Assembly (NCBI GenBank): GCA_951406725.2
Contig: OX597821.1
Span: 101,680,001-101,744,000, forward strand
Source: Octopus vulgaris
Taxonomy: Eukaryota
Reading direction: 5' to 3'
DNA: 64,000 bases
The translations under genes were made by a program, and so were the position numbers. The notes beneath the pieces were generated by a model. It had not been told where the DNA came from. It worked only from the letters and a program-made list of their open reading frames with translations, and did not search any database. This document shows, one piece after another, positions 52,251 to 64,000 of this stretch (position 1 is the first letter of the stretch; every line of letters starts with the position of its first letter).

Positions 52251-52419
52251 ATAACTTTTAATTACTTAATTTACTAGCTAGTATGGGTTACTATCACAGA
52301 GGAAAGTCAAAGAGATATAAAAAATAAAGTTATTTCTTATGTATGTGTTTCATTTACCTGTTATATTCACTCTGGGCATATTACATGTAATAGTTCATCT
52401 TTTTGTTTTTATCCTTATT

Positions 52420-52615
52420 TTTTTAATTGTTTCAGCAGCCATGTTGGGGCACCACCTTGAAGAAATTTTAGTTAAATGTATCAACCCCAGAATTTATTCT
52501 TTAAAAGCCTGGTACTTATTCTATCAGTCTCTTTTGCCAAACTGCAAAGTTATGAGGATGTAAACACACCAGCACCAGTTGTCAAGCAGTGGGACACACA
52601 CACATACACACACAA

Positions 52616-52645
<30 letters not shown>
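52420..52645 (-). mobile_element. Family-B SINE 3' half
   Basis: tgtttcagcagccatgttggggcaccacc...gtaaacacaccagcaccagttgtcaagc + (CA)n. Confidence 0.8.
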
Positions 52646-52649
<4 letters not shown>

Positions 52650-53032
52650 ACATACACGACCAGCTTTTGTAAAAAAAATATGATAAGATTTGCTCAAGAA
52701 ATATAATAGGAAAAGGTAAATATGTTTTAACATGAGTAATTGTTTTCTTATCTTATGAATCCATACAAATACCATATATAAGATATTCCTTTATGAAAGC
52801 AATTATATCTCTTAGTGGTGATTAAATCATTAAGCAAATACCTAGAGTGAGAGTCAAAAGATAGAGTACCAACTTATTGTGTTAAAGTTGATAATTATAT
52901 CAAAACACCACTCTAAAAAGAGTACTTATTTATCTCTGATGGGTTCAGGCTACTTGACTGGAAATAAATTACTTATGAAATGAAAGCACAATATATATCT
53001 CTTATGATAAAATATATATATATATATATATA

Positions 53033-53237
53033 AAGTTAATCCAAACATGAAAACACAACAACGCGAGGACGTGGAACAAATATAGTATTATTGGACGCTC
53101 AGGAAGGAAGGGAAGAAGGAGGATTTAACGTTTTGAGCGGAGCTCTTCGTCAGAAACATAGGGAAAGGAAAGATCCAAAGAAGGGAAAACGGAGAAAAAA
53201 AAAAATCGCCAACGGTACATATGTGGTCACATTTTGA
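53033..53237 (-). mobile_element. Short Penelope-derived element with a hammerhead-like motif, inserted in (TA)n
   Basis: TA-repeat flanks; minus 53157-53124 GTTT-CTGACGA-A-GAGC-tcc-GCTC-AAAAC-GTT-AAA. Confidence 0.6.
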
Positions 53238-54078
53238 ATATTATATATATATATATATATATAAGCATTTAACCAATTAACCAACTAATGACAGTGTGTC
53301 CAAATTGTTCCACAAATAACTGAAAACAGATAGGACACCAGTAGCAATATTATTCAAATTCACTAGAATGTATTTGAATTACATAACCCCCAGTTGTCTG
53401 TAAAAAAAGTACTAGTGATACATTCACTATAGAATAGTCCAATTCATCATATCTACTCCTTTTCTTCAAAATGGCCTTTAGTCCAAACTAAAAAAAAATC
53501 AACATTATCCAATAACCAGTAAAATTCAGTACCAAACAATTCCTCTTAAGATTATAAGAATACTCAACCAGTATTAGTAGCCTTTTTGGTTTTATTATTT
53601 CATAGTTTCATATGAAATTTTTTTTAAATGCTACAATGAGACTATTTTGTTAAGTAGCATTACTAGTTTTGCTTTTTTTTATATATTTTTTCTGTTTCAT
53701 TTTGTTATAGCCTATCAATATCAGCTTAAACGAACAAATATTACATATTTTCTTCATTTATTAATCAATGTTAAGATTATATTTCCTGACTAAGTTTCTT
53801 TGACAAATTCCACTTGTTCAGAAAAGATATAAGAAACTTAGAGAAGCTGTACAAACTAGATTTCACAAAGTATAATACTTTTTCTTGAGAATCAATATAA
53901 TTGAAAGATAAATATAGAAATCATTACATAAGCATGCTTTAAATCCTTATGTTATTGATTGTTTTCTTGAAGATTTGGTTGCAAAACAAATAAAAAGTGA
54001 GAAAAGTTAGAAATAGTAGGAAATCTTTGCTTACAGTTTACAGGAAAATTCACCCAAAGCAAGGATAATGACTTAGGT

Positions 54079-54160
54079 ACTTACCTACAATAAAAATAGA
54101 ATAGAATATTTAAGAAAAAGAAAAATTAAAAATAATATACAGAAATTATAAAAATATAAA
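54079..54160 (-). other. Candidate recursive splice site (AG|GTAAGT)
   Basis: Minus strand ...tttaatttttctttttcttaaatattctattctatttttattgtAG|GTAAGTac; no other AG for ~78 nt upstream. Confidence 0.5.
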
Positions 54161-54399
54161 ATAACTGTAAATAGATAAGTATTAATATGTTAGGTACAAA
54201 TAAATGTTATGCAATATTACTTAAGGATGTGCATGATGGAAAAAGGCCAAAGGAAATATAAGAAGTGGAAAGATAAAATTCTTGGGATACTTGGACTGAG
54301 ATGAGATGACAAAATATCAAGATGATGGTGATATATTGTAAGTCAGACACATTCAGTTCTTGCCAGAGTGGAAAAACAGACATTAATAAGATAAAGTCA

Positions 54400-55700
54400 A
54401 AGTATCTGATGCTAGTTTCATCTGCATGTCAACATCTACAAGGAAATGTGGGTGAAAGGAAATTCCAGAGGGATACAGCTTTGGGAAGAACTGAATGGAT
54501 AAAATGTTCAGCAAAAGATCTTGTATGTGAGACACATGAGGAATAACAAAAAGAGAAACAACCGTGTTGAGTGGACTTGGATGGTGGGAGTATGCAACGT
54601 GCTACCTCTGAAGAGTAGAAGATGAGGATGTTGTAGTAACACTAGAAGCAGTGAGAAGAAAACTGATATCTGTTAGTGAGCCATTAGTTGTAGCATGTTG
54701 GTTGAATGCATCTTTGCCAATAAGTCGAATAATTTTCTTTTAGATGCAGCCTAGAATCTGTGTAGTAGCAATACTGCACCAAATAAGTGAGCACTATTCC
54801 ACCATGGATTTCATATGAATTTCATAGAAGGTTAGTGTCTGATCAGAGCTGAAATATTTTCTAGCACTAAGGAAACCAAGTCTTTGAGAAGCAGTTTTGG
54901 TAATGTTATATACATAATGTTACAAAGACAGACCAAAGATTGTGAGGCACACCATATGTAGCAATTTTGAGGGCCTTAGATATCTCATGAGAATGTGTAA
55001 GGCTGATGTGCTGCAAGATTGTTACAATAAGTGTAAAAAAAAAATGTATTTTGTTGTTGAGGGAGACTACTAGTGTTTTCCTTAAAAGTATTTTTGTTTT
55101 ATGTCTTTTCATGACTGGAGGTGTCAAGGTTGCATGTAGATGGTTTATGTATGTGGAAGGTTAAAGGTAATTGAAGGATTGTGTCATGTACACAGGTGTG
55201 TAGTCAACATAAGCAATGGAGTGTCTGATAAGAAACCTCTGATACAAGAGATGACAGACATGGAATCTATAAGTGGCAACTTAGCTAGGTTCTTATATTA
55301 GACACAGTTGAAGCCTTTGATAAGGTCAAAGGCCACAACCTTGCATTTGATAAAGTTCTGATGGGCAAGAGACAAAGGGTATGTGATATAGCAGATCAAG
55401 TATGGTGACTATTGCGGACCCCCAAGGAGAGAGATTCAATGTGAAGAAAGAAGCAGGGATTTATGACTGCCTCAGTTATATTTGAGATGTTGGACATAAA
55501 GAGGACCCGTTAATAGTTGGCAATGTCAAATAGGTTGCCCTTCTTGAGAAAGGGTCACACTTGAAAAATGTTTCTATAGACAAGAACAGATTTCTATAAT
55601 GAAAGTTTACAGGGAAGTGCACTGTTGGAACACATAATACCAGAAGCAATTATATTGTTGGGTTGATGGCTCTGGCATAGTCATGGTGGTGTGACAATCA
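54400..55700 (-). mobile_element. Old CR1/L2/Jockey-like LINE RT remnant
   Basis: Minus readings NY*RV..MSNIS (NYRPIS-like), VVAFDLIKGFNCV (ALD..KAFD.V-like), LTFYEIHMKSMVE*CSLIW, SLWNFL. Confidence 0.6.
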
Positions 55701-57879
55701 GTGGAGGAAACATAATTTGCAAGGATTTTTGTTGTGTGTTTAATTTAGAATCAGAAACAAATGGACAGTAACTGATGTGGAAGTCAACTTTCAGAATCAT
55801 AATTTACTGATAAGGATTACCTTCTTTTTAAAAAGGTTAAATTATGCAATGCATATTTAAGGTATGTGATTGCTGTATGGGTGCACATAAGTCTATGTGG
55901 TTAAGGAGTTCTCTTTGCAATCATGTGAGTGAGGATCCTTATAAATAGACTTGTGTAAGATTATTTTACCATAGCCTCAAGTCAGCTCATGTTTTGTTGG
56001 GTGAAATGAGATAGATGGAAACTGTGTAGAAACCTATGAGACAGATTGTATCTATTATTCAGATTAATGCCACTACCTGGCTCTTGGGTGCCTTTAGCCT
56101 AAGTATTTAGATTATGGGGAATGTTTGAAAGCCACAATTATAATAGAGAAACCAGGTTTCTTTTTTAATATTCAATTGCATTCAAATAAAACCACAAAAT
56201 TGAAACATTAAATTTGAAATACTGGTAGTGAATGTAAAGCATTTGTAACAATTAGAGACAAACAGACTGTAGATAATCCAATGCATGAGAGCACAAATGT
56301 GTTTAAAAATGACAAAGGCATCATTTGATGTACTTTTGAATGATATCAATACTGTTAAAGCCACATAGTTCATAGAGATGTTGCATGATGGATTAAAAAT
56401 GTCATAAGCTGGTAGGAAGAGTCATGTTATCATCCTAAACTTCAAAGCATGATATATGGAGATGGACTAAAGAGTTAACTTCAGACTTGAAAGTTAAGCC
56501 TTAAAAACATAATAGAAGAATTTTTAATTGCAGGATCATCCAGTTCATGGGAGCATTAATAAAAAGTTAATAAAGATCCCTTTTGAAATGTTCGCAGGGA
56601 GCACAGCTGTTCTTTTATTAAAAATCACCATAATTTATTTTCAAAGATACAGGACATTAATGCAATCATTCATTTGGTGAGAAGCTCATCCATATCTAAT
56701 CAAGAAGCTTTTATTGATCATAGAGACATACAATACCAATCGTGGTTATGCAACTCAGTAGTAATGCTATTAAGATACACATCTATAAATTCAAAATCAT
56801 TGCTACTTTAAAAATATAAATTGTAATAGTCCTTGTATTAAGTAAACTGTATAAAGAGTTAGAATGTTAATATATGGTTCCTGCTTTTAAAGACAATAAG
56901 AAGAGATTTAGATGCCACGTCAGTGGGTTGAGCTAGTAAGAAGTTATTCATTCATTGGTACGAATTAATTGTTATATTACTGAATTGAGAAATTGCCTCT
57001 TATGTCAAGTGTTAGTTATTAAACATAACCTTCTCATTGAAAAAGAATGATGATTACTCTTATAATATTTAATCAAACAGAAAATAAATATATTAATGAC
57101 ACAAAACACAAATTATCTCTATAGTTACCACACTAGCACAAATATAATAGATATAATTTGATACCAAAATAACTATACTTTGATGTCAAACCGACAGCAA
57201 CTTCCTGCATTTCCTGTATTACTTTTCACATTTGAATGGCATTTTCTCATTTTTCAGGTGCCATGCCAGTATCATTAATTAATAAAATAACAACACACAC
57301 ACACACACAAACATTATAATTTGCCTGTTATTTTAATATAGTTGATCAAAAACTCTTAATTCAATTTTATATCAATGAAGCTTTAATCCTTTATCTAGAA
57401 AATAATAATATAATAATAGCACACTTTTAGAGAATCATTAATTACATTATGCAAAATCATTTTGAAATATATTAAATTTATAGAATTAGAAAACTTGAAG
57501 ATAAAAAAATGCTTTGTTATGCACTTTACTTATTTTAACTTTTCAATGCTGAAGCACATAAATGAGAAAGTTATGCATGACCTAGAGATAATTTATTATT
57601 TTTTACAATATGTGAAATATTTACTGATAGCACAGAGAACAGTATAATGTCTTTCACTTCCTTGAAAAAAAGAATTTAAATACATTTACAGAGCCTTTTG
57701 CCTGAATATTTTAGACTAGAAGTGGAGAACTAACACCCAAGAGCAAAATCACACCTGCATTCCAATTTCAACCACCCACTATATGTTCTGTGAAAACTTA
57801 TACGTAAAATTGAAAGAAAAAATGGTTTAATACCTTAAGACTACAATGGCTATTTTATATTACCAAAATCTATGAAAGA

Positions 57880-58430
57880 TAGTGAGCTGGCAGTCAACAA
57901 AAGGAGCACTCCGTCGGTTACAATGACGAGGGTCCCAGATGATACAATCAATGGAACAGCCTGCTCGTGAAATTAACATGCAAGTGACTGAGCAAACCAC
58001 AGACACGCGTACCCCTAATGTAGTTCTCAGGGAGATTCAGCGTGACACAGAGTGTGACAAGGCCAGCCCTTTGAAATACAGGTACAACTCATTTTTGCCA
58101 GCTGAGTGGACTGGAGCAATGGGAAATAAAGTGTCTTGCTCAAGGACACAACGCATCACCGGGAATTGAACTTATGACCTTACAATCGTGAGCTGAATGC
58201 CCTAACCACTAAGCCACGCACCTTCACAGGCAGTCAATAACACATTGAGCAAAATGGTTAATGGCATTCAATCCATCTTTACATTCTGAGTTCAAATGCC
58301 ACCAAGGTTGAATTTTCCCTTCATCCTTTCAGGGTCAATTAATAAGTAACAGCTGAACACTGGGGTCAATGTAATCAACTTACCCCTTCTCCTGAAATTG
58401 TTGATCTAATGCCAAAACTTAAAACCAATA
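57880..58430 (+). mobile_element. Family-A SINE interrupted near its 5' end by a family-C SINE
   Basis: gtgagctggcag (57882-57893) continues at 58229 ...ttctgagttcaaatgccaccaaggttg...cactggggtcaatgtaatc. Confidence 0.8.
57901..58228 (-). mobile_element. Full-length family-C tRNA/CORE SINE with 12-bp TSD
   Basis: Head gtgaaggtgcgtggcttagtggttagg...gttcaattcc, CORE-like ccttgagcaagacact; TSD ggcagtcaacaa (57889-57900) / ggcagtcaataa (58229-58240). Confidence 0.9.
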
Positions 58431-58502
58431 TTACCTATGAATATGTATAATCAATTACATTTTATTCAGTATATTTGTGCATTCTACAGCTTTCTATATA
58501 TT

Positions 58503-58732
58503 TTTCTTTACTGCCCACAAGGGGCTAAATATAGAGGGGACAAACAAGGACAGACAAAGGGATTAAATCGATTACATCGACCCCAGTGAGAACTGGTACT
58601 TTATTTATCGACCCCGAAAGGATGACAGGCAAAGTCAACCTTGGCGGAATTTGAACTCAGAACGTAACAACAGACGAAATACCGCTAAGCATTTTGCCCG
58701 ACGTGTTAACGTTTCAGCCAGCTCGCCGCCTT
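58503..58732 (-). mobile_element. Young full-length family-A tRNA-derived SINE
   Basis: rc: ggcggcgagctggctgaaacgttaacacgtcggg...gagttcaaattccgcc...ggggtcgat...agccccttgtgggcagtaaagaaa; CpGs retained. Confidence 0.92.
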
Positions 58733-60924
58733 CAATATACTTGCAAGTTACCTCTGGTATAAAAAAAAATAAAAAGTTCCCCCACTTCTGTTTTGCAGAT
58801 AATCAGTACAGAAATTGAAGCTGTGAGGTTAGTGTGGGCTATATGGTAAAACTTGCTACATTGTATTGTGTGCTCAAAACAAGGTCCATTAGTTTACTTT
58901 GCACTATATAGCTTAAAATAGTTGTTCCAACTGCTTCACAGTTGAGTGGTATAAAAGAGTTCTGAGTTATGAAAATACATACTACAACAAGAAGCAGCAA
59001 ACCAAACTAAACTTTAAAGTAGTAACAGTAATACTTTTAACAAAATGGAAGAACATAAATTTACACATTCCCTTACACAATAAAGTAGGTCAACATCTGT
59101 TATCTGATGACACAAATGACCTAATTAACACACAAAATACAAAGAGTGTTCTAGATATGATGGGTGACTGTGTTTTAGAATGGGGTAAATTCTTGACTAA
59201 CATAAGTAACAAATAATGGACAATAAAGCATTATAATTATAAATTGAAAAATTGAATTTTGAATAATTTTCAATATTAGGAAAATCATTTTGTATTTACA
59301 GGGGAAATTTATCAAAAAATGCAGCAATTTAATAAAAATGAAAATAATTAGTTATCGCACCAATTAACATCAAACATTCTATACAAAGCAGCAATTAATT
59401 TTTATAATTTGCAGGCAATTATTGTATTATTTCAAGGCTGTCATAATATCCACTCATACAAAGTTTGTGTTTGCGTTACAAGTTGACCATTATTAAATTA
59501 TAAATTTTCTTCATTACTCCACAAATTTGAGATTCCCTATAGCAAAGATTTAATTTGACCTATGGCTCGAGAGTAATCAATTAAACACTCGATGTGACCC
59601 ATCAACTTAACAGATAGGTTCAAGCTCTTGATTATGTTATTGGTTGGAGAAGAGAGAAAAGCTACAAATAACTACCAAAAACAACAAAAAAAAACTTTTA
59701 TTACTAACACAGTTGAGAGTCGATATACTATAGGCTATAGTATTCAACCTTTAAATATGGCATGTTGGATGTGTTTGAACTTTGTTGTTCTGTACGCTTT
59801 TTATCCATGACTTTTCATCAGTTTATGCTGTTTTTCAATATAGGAGGCTTAAAATATGTAGTGCTAGCACTCCCTCAAGGGGATGCAATTTGCTGTGAGG
59901 TTAGATCTGGTTACTAACGAACAAGTCAAATAAGATTAAATATCTCTCATGATCATTATATGCTGTTATATGTAGAACACAAATCAGTCTATGGATAGGA
60001 AGTCTTTTTATTATTATTTATTTATTTATTTACAAAATTCCATTACATTTAAATGGTTTCTAAAATTTAATTTACTTCAATAAAAATTATATTTTAAAAT
60101 TGTATCAACCACAAACTTGATTATGTAAATAACTAATTACTGTATAAAGCAGTGGAACATATAATAAAACAAGCACAAGCTAATTATAATATGTAATAAG
60201 TAAGGCAGATAACGGAAAGAAGCTAATATTTTAAAACCTACGACATATACATGGTAGTTTGGGTAATTAAACATAGTAGCCAAATAGCCTCAAGCTTACT
60301 TTCTCAAAAAAGGAAAGAAAACATATCTTGATAATACTGAATATGGAATGATTACAACTGGAACAGTTTTGATCAGAGATCTGAGCAATTGAGCTGACCT
60401 ACACCTAAAAAATAACTGTGGTTGTGTGAGCTAATGACAAAGCCTCTACAATAGCAGCCAAAGTTCCCTCAAATCACATGCACCTACTGCACTGAGAAAG
60501 AAAAGACAAGTTAGATAATAAAGTCTGATATACTCCTAAAAATAGGGAGAGCCATGACTCAAATTCTTTTGGTCGTAAGTCTGCTAGATCAAGGGAGTGG
60601 GTTGATATAGGACCAAACAACATCATTATTTTAAATCTCAGAATTCTAAACAATCTTGAATAAATTAACAAAATCAATAAATTCTTTATAGTTAAATATA
60701 ACTTTAGCAACCATTGTTCTGGAAGGAATAGTTTCTCTAGTACAAAAAGAAAACCCTGTTAAATAATGTTTGAGAAATTTTTTGGTCAAAACAGTGTTTC
60801 TTAAGGTGAGGTGCAGCAAACTTTTGGTGGGGTTATGTGTTATAGGATGAAAGTAAGTAGCAAGTGAATAAAACTAGAAATGTTTTAATTAAAACTTTGT
60901 GTGTGTGTGTGTGTGTGTGCATAG

Positions 60925-61235
60925 GTATGGATAAGTACAGGTATGGCTCTGTGGTAAGAAGCTTACTTCCCAACCATATAGTTTCAGGTTCAGTCTCACT
61001 GCATGGCACCTTGGGCAAATGCCTCCTATTATGACCCTGGACAGACCAAAGCCCTGTGAGTGAATGGAAACTGAAAGAAATCCATCCTGTGTGTGTGTAA
61101 CTTTATGTATGTTTTTGGTTCCTCCCATCACCATAACTGGTGTTGGTTTGTTTACATCATTGTAACTTAACATTTCAGCCAGCAAAGTGACCAACAGAAT
61201 AAATACCAGGTTTGAAAACAAAAAGCACTGGGGCA
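60925..61235 (+). mobile_element. Family-B SINE
   Basis: ggtatggctctgtggtaagaagcttacttcccaacc...ggcaccttgggcaaatg...ggaaactgaaaga. Confidence 0.8.
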
Positions 61236-61499
61236 CCAGGCTATATATATATGTTTGATCACAATGGAGCATAAGTTGTTTTGGAAAATTGAGTTGGGCT
61301 CAGGAAAAAAAGGTTTAAAAGATTATTGAAGTTTAGATGGCTTTAATTAATGTATCAAAAATATGTTAACAGTCAGAGGATTTATTATAAAAATACTTTT
61401 TGATCATAATGTCTTTTTTCAGTTACCTATTAAGTTTGATTTTAATTTAGTCTTTGTTGGTAACTTTATGGAAAATATAGTGTTAAAGCAGCTAAATAT

Positions 61500-62150
61500 A
61501 TCATCACCATCATTTTGATGTCTACTTTTCCATGCTTGCATGGGTCAGATCCACTTCATTGACGCAGATATTTTTACAGCTGGATGCCCTTCCTGTCACC
61601 ACTCCTCAACCATTTCCAGGCAAAGTAATATTTTATGCTTGGCTAGACATGTTTTCATGGAAAATTAAAAAGGGATGAGACTGCTTGTATGACAATGATA
61701 CTCCTTTACAACTATCATGTGATGTCAAGATAAGAAGATACAAGCACATATGAGGGAGTGTTGAAAAGTTCCTGGTTTTAAGGGTATCACAAAAGGCCTG
61801 GTTGGAGGTCCAACCTTCTGAGTTCTTTCATAGTGCTTAGAAAAACTGCAGGACCACTGCAATAAGTGTGTGAATCTGAGAGGGGAATATGTTGAATAAA
61901 ATCAATTAACTGATTCTCCTGTGTTTTCTTTTACCCAAAGCTATGAACTTTTCAGCACCCTTCATACATAACTCCCACACTCACATCCCTCACTCCACAT
62001 ATTTATATATGACAGGCTTCTATCAGTTTCTGTCTATCAAATCCATTCACAAGGCTTTGGTTTGTTTGGGGCACCAGCCCAAGGTGTTATGCAATAGGAT
62101 TAAACCAAAACTGTAAGCAAACTTAACAACACAACCATGCTTGCACCTAT
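61500..62150 (-). mobile_element. Family-B SINE (RTE-like tail) interrupted by a mariner MITE
   Basis: Tail 61500-61748, head 62005-62150 (cagtttctgtctatcaaatccattcacaaggctttgg...ccatgcttgcacct). Confidence 0.75.
61751..61964 (+). mobile_element. Mariner-derived MITE (214 bp)
   Basis: TA TSD; TIRs tgagggagtgttgaaaagttcctgg / rc tgaagggtgctgaaaagttcatag; keeps transposase C-terminus LEKLQDHCNKCVNLRGEYVE*. Confidence 0.88.
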
Positions 62151-63034
62151 GTAATTTTTAATTTGCATTTTAATAAGAACCAGATTCTGAAATGACAAAG
62201 ACTGTTATTGATGACAGACATGATATAAAAATTTCTTATCCATGATATTCCATTGAATAACTATTATATGATTTGGTTTGGGGATGATTTCCTCTTTCCT
62301 CAAGGAGCTAATTACACTACACCATACTTGTAGATATATATCAGGTCTTATTCTTTAGACTATGTAAGAGGAATGTCATAATGCTGTTATATAATATATA
62401 TATGCATATTTTGAAATATATATTTCAAATTACTTGCTCTTTGTATGGTTACACTAGCTTCTAAATTTTCCCTTCTCTTTTTTTTATTTCATTTTTATTC
62501 TCAAAAGCTGAATTGTAAATTCTTTATAAACTTTCACAACACATGGATGTCTGAGTTACTTTTATTAAATCTGATAATATTCTGTATTGTGTTAGGTGTG
62601 CAGAGTATTTTATAATTTATTCATTTAGATTGGCAATATCAATAAAAGTTGTAATTGTTATTGTTATCACAGGAAAATCTCTAGCATTGAGAATATTCTA
62701 TTCTCCAAGTGAAATCTTATTCATACCTTAATTAGCACCAGATTAAGCCTGTGCAGTTTTAATTGATATAATTACATAAAAACAAATCAATCAGTAAGTT
62801 ACACATCTAGAATGCAGAAGTCTGTTTTAAATATTTAATAGACATAGTAATGAGATTGACAAAGACATATGAAAAAAAAAACCTTCAATATCAATCAGGG
62901 AATAACATTTAAAACTACTAATGATTTATAACTGTTTTTATGGAATTTGTATTACAGTTTCTAATTAAAGTCTTCTTATGTCTTATATATTGGAATACCC
63001 TTCTAACTGATCTCTCTCTCTCTCTCTCTAACTA

Positions 63035-63230
63035 TATTGGTTTCAAATTTTGGCACAAGGTCAGTAAGTTCCAAGGAAGCAATAAGCCGATTACATTAAC
63101 CCTAGTGCTCAACCCTGAAAGGATGAAAGGGAAAGCTGGTCTCAACAGAATTTGAACTTAGAACATAAAGACTGAAATGCCGCTAAGCAATTTGCTTGGC
63201 GTGCTAACGATTATGTCATCTTGTTACCTT
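63035..63230 (-). mobile_element. Family-A SINE
   Basis: ttggtttcaaattttggcacaagg...ggatgaaagg...gaaatgccgctaagc...gtgctaacgatt. Confidence 0.8.
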
Positions 63231-63581
63231 ACTGTGTCTATATTGATGTATTTAAATGCCATACCAAACAGTGGTTTCTCTATGAATGTTGTTTATCCAT
63301 AAAAGGCTAAAATGATTTTGAATGAATTTGAAGATATAAAACAAAACACAAAACTAGTCTTCCCACAAAAATTTTAAGTTAACATCTTTACATTTATGGA
63401 GAATTCCTATCTTACGATACTTTTTATATGTAATTGTTTGCTGTCCATTAACTGACATTTTGGCTTTAAAACATGTTTTGAATGAAAGAAACAATTCCCT
63501 AAGAATGGAAGCAAAAATTCTACTCTTCATGACATGGTATTCCCACCCACCCCAAAGAACACTATATGTGTAAATAAAGTA

Positions 63582-63795
63582 AGGCAGTGAACCGGCAAAA
63601 TTGTTGGCTCATCAGGCAAAATGCTTAGCAGCATTCCTTCTGGTTCTTTACATTTCATGTTCAAATTCTACTGAAGTTGACTTTGCCTTTCATCCTCTTA
63701 GGGTTGATAAAATAAGTAACAGTTGAGTATTGAAGTCAATGTAATACCTGACTTACCCCTCCAACAAATTACTGGCCAAAATATGAAACCATATT
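63582..63795 (+). mobile_element. Family-A SINE
   Basis: ggcagtgaaccggcaaaattgttgg...gttcaaattctactgaagttgactttgcctttcatcc...tatgaaacca. Confidence 0.8.
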
Positions 63796-64000
63796 TGTAA
63801 ATAAAATAAGTTAACAGTTTCGCTGAACTTGGGAAGGGAATTTTGGCAACAATGCCTTTTGTCACATCACTAATAACAAAACCAGGAAGAAAACATAGAT
63901 ACAATAAATAAATAAATCTATGACTAAGTAAGATAATATAAGAGTCAGGCAGATCCAGGTAACAGAAAACTGACATGGTTGAGTAATTTAGTCAGGTATA

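Noticed and set aside
58799-58827. 29-nt + strand mini-exon candidate (cttctgttttgcAG|...GAG|GTTAGT)
   Set aside because: Not frame-preserving, no partner exons or homology; insufficient support.

Overview
AT-rich, strongly CpG-depleted eukaryotic DNA. The tRNA-derived/CORE SINE families, (TA)n/(CA)n arrays and RTE tails look like an Octopus (cephalopod) genome; this is recognition from memory, not a search. I found no identifiable host protein-coding exon, and the window reads as intronic/intergenic. It is tiled by SINEs, decayed LINEs (RTE, R4/Dong-like RLE, CR1/L2-like), a Penelope-like element, two mariners plus a mariner MITE, a DD37D maT element, hAT/piggyBac/pogo MITEs and a Helentron-type HINE. 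Main signals: (1) four hammerhead-ribozyme motifs, one with an intact core in the 3' tail of the Penelope-like element and three variant cores in short non-coding elements inserted in (TA)n; (2) an inverted terminal copy flanking the Penelope-like element; (3) a sharp CpG-retaining promoter-like island at about 14.2-15.6 kb; (4) minus-strand splice signals, namely a textbook AG|GTAAGT recursive-site candidate at 54085 and a candidate 5'UTR exon ending ATG|GTAAGA at 42846. Boundaries of degenerate repeats are approximate.
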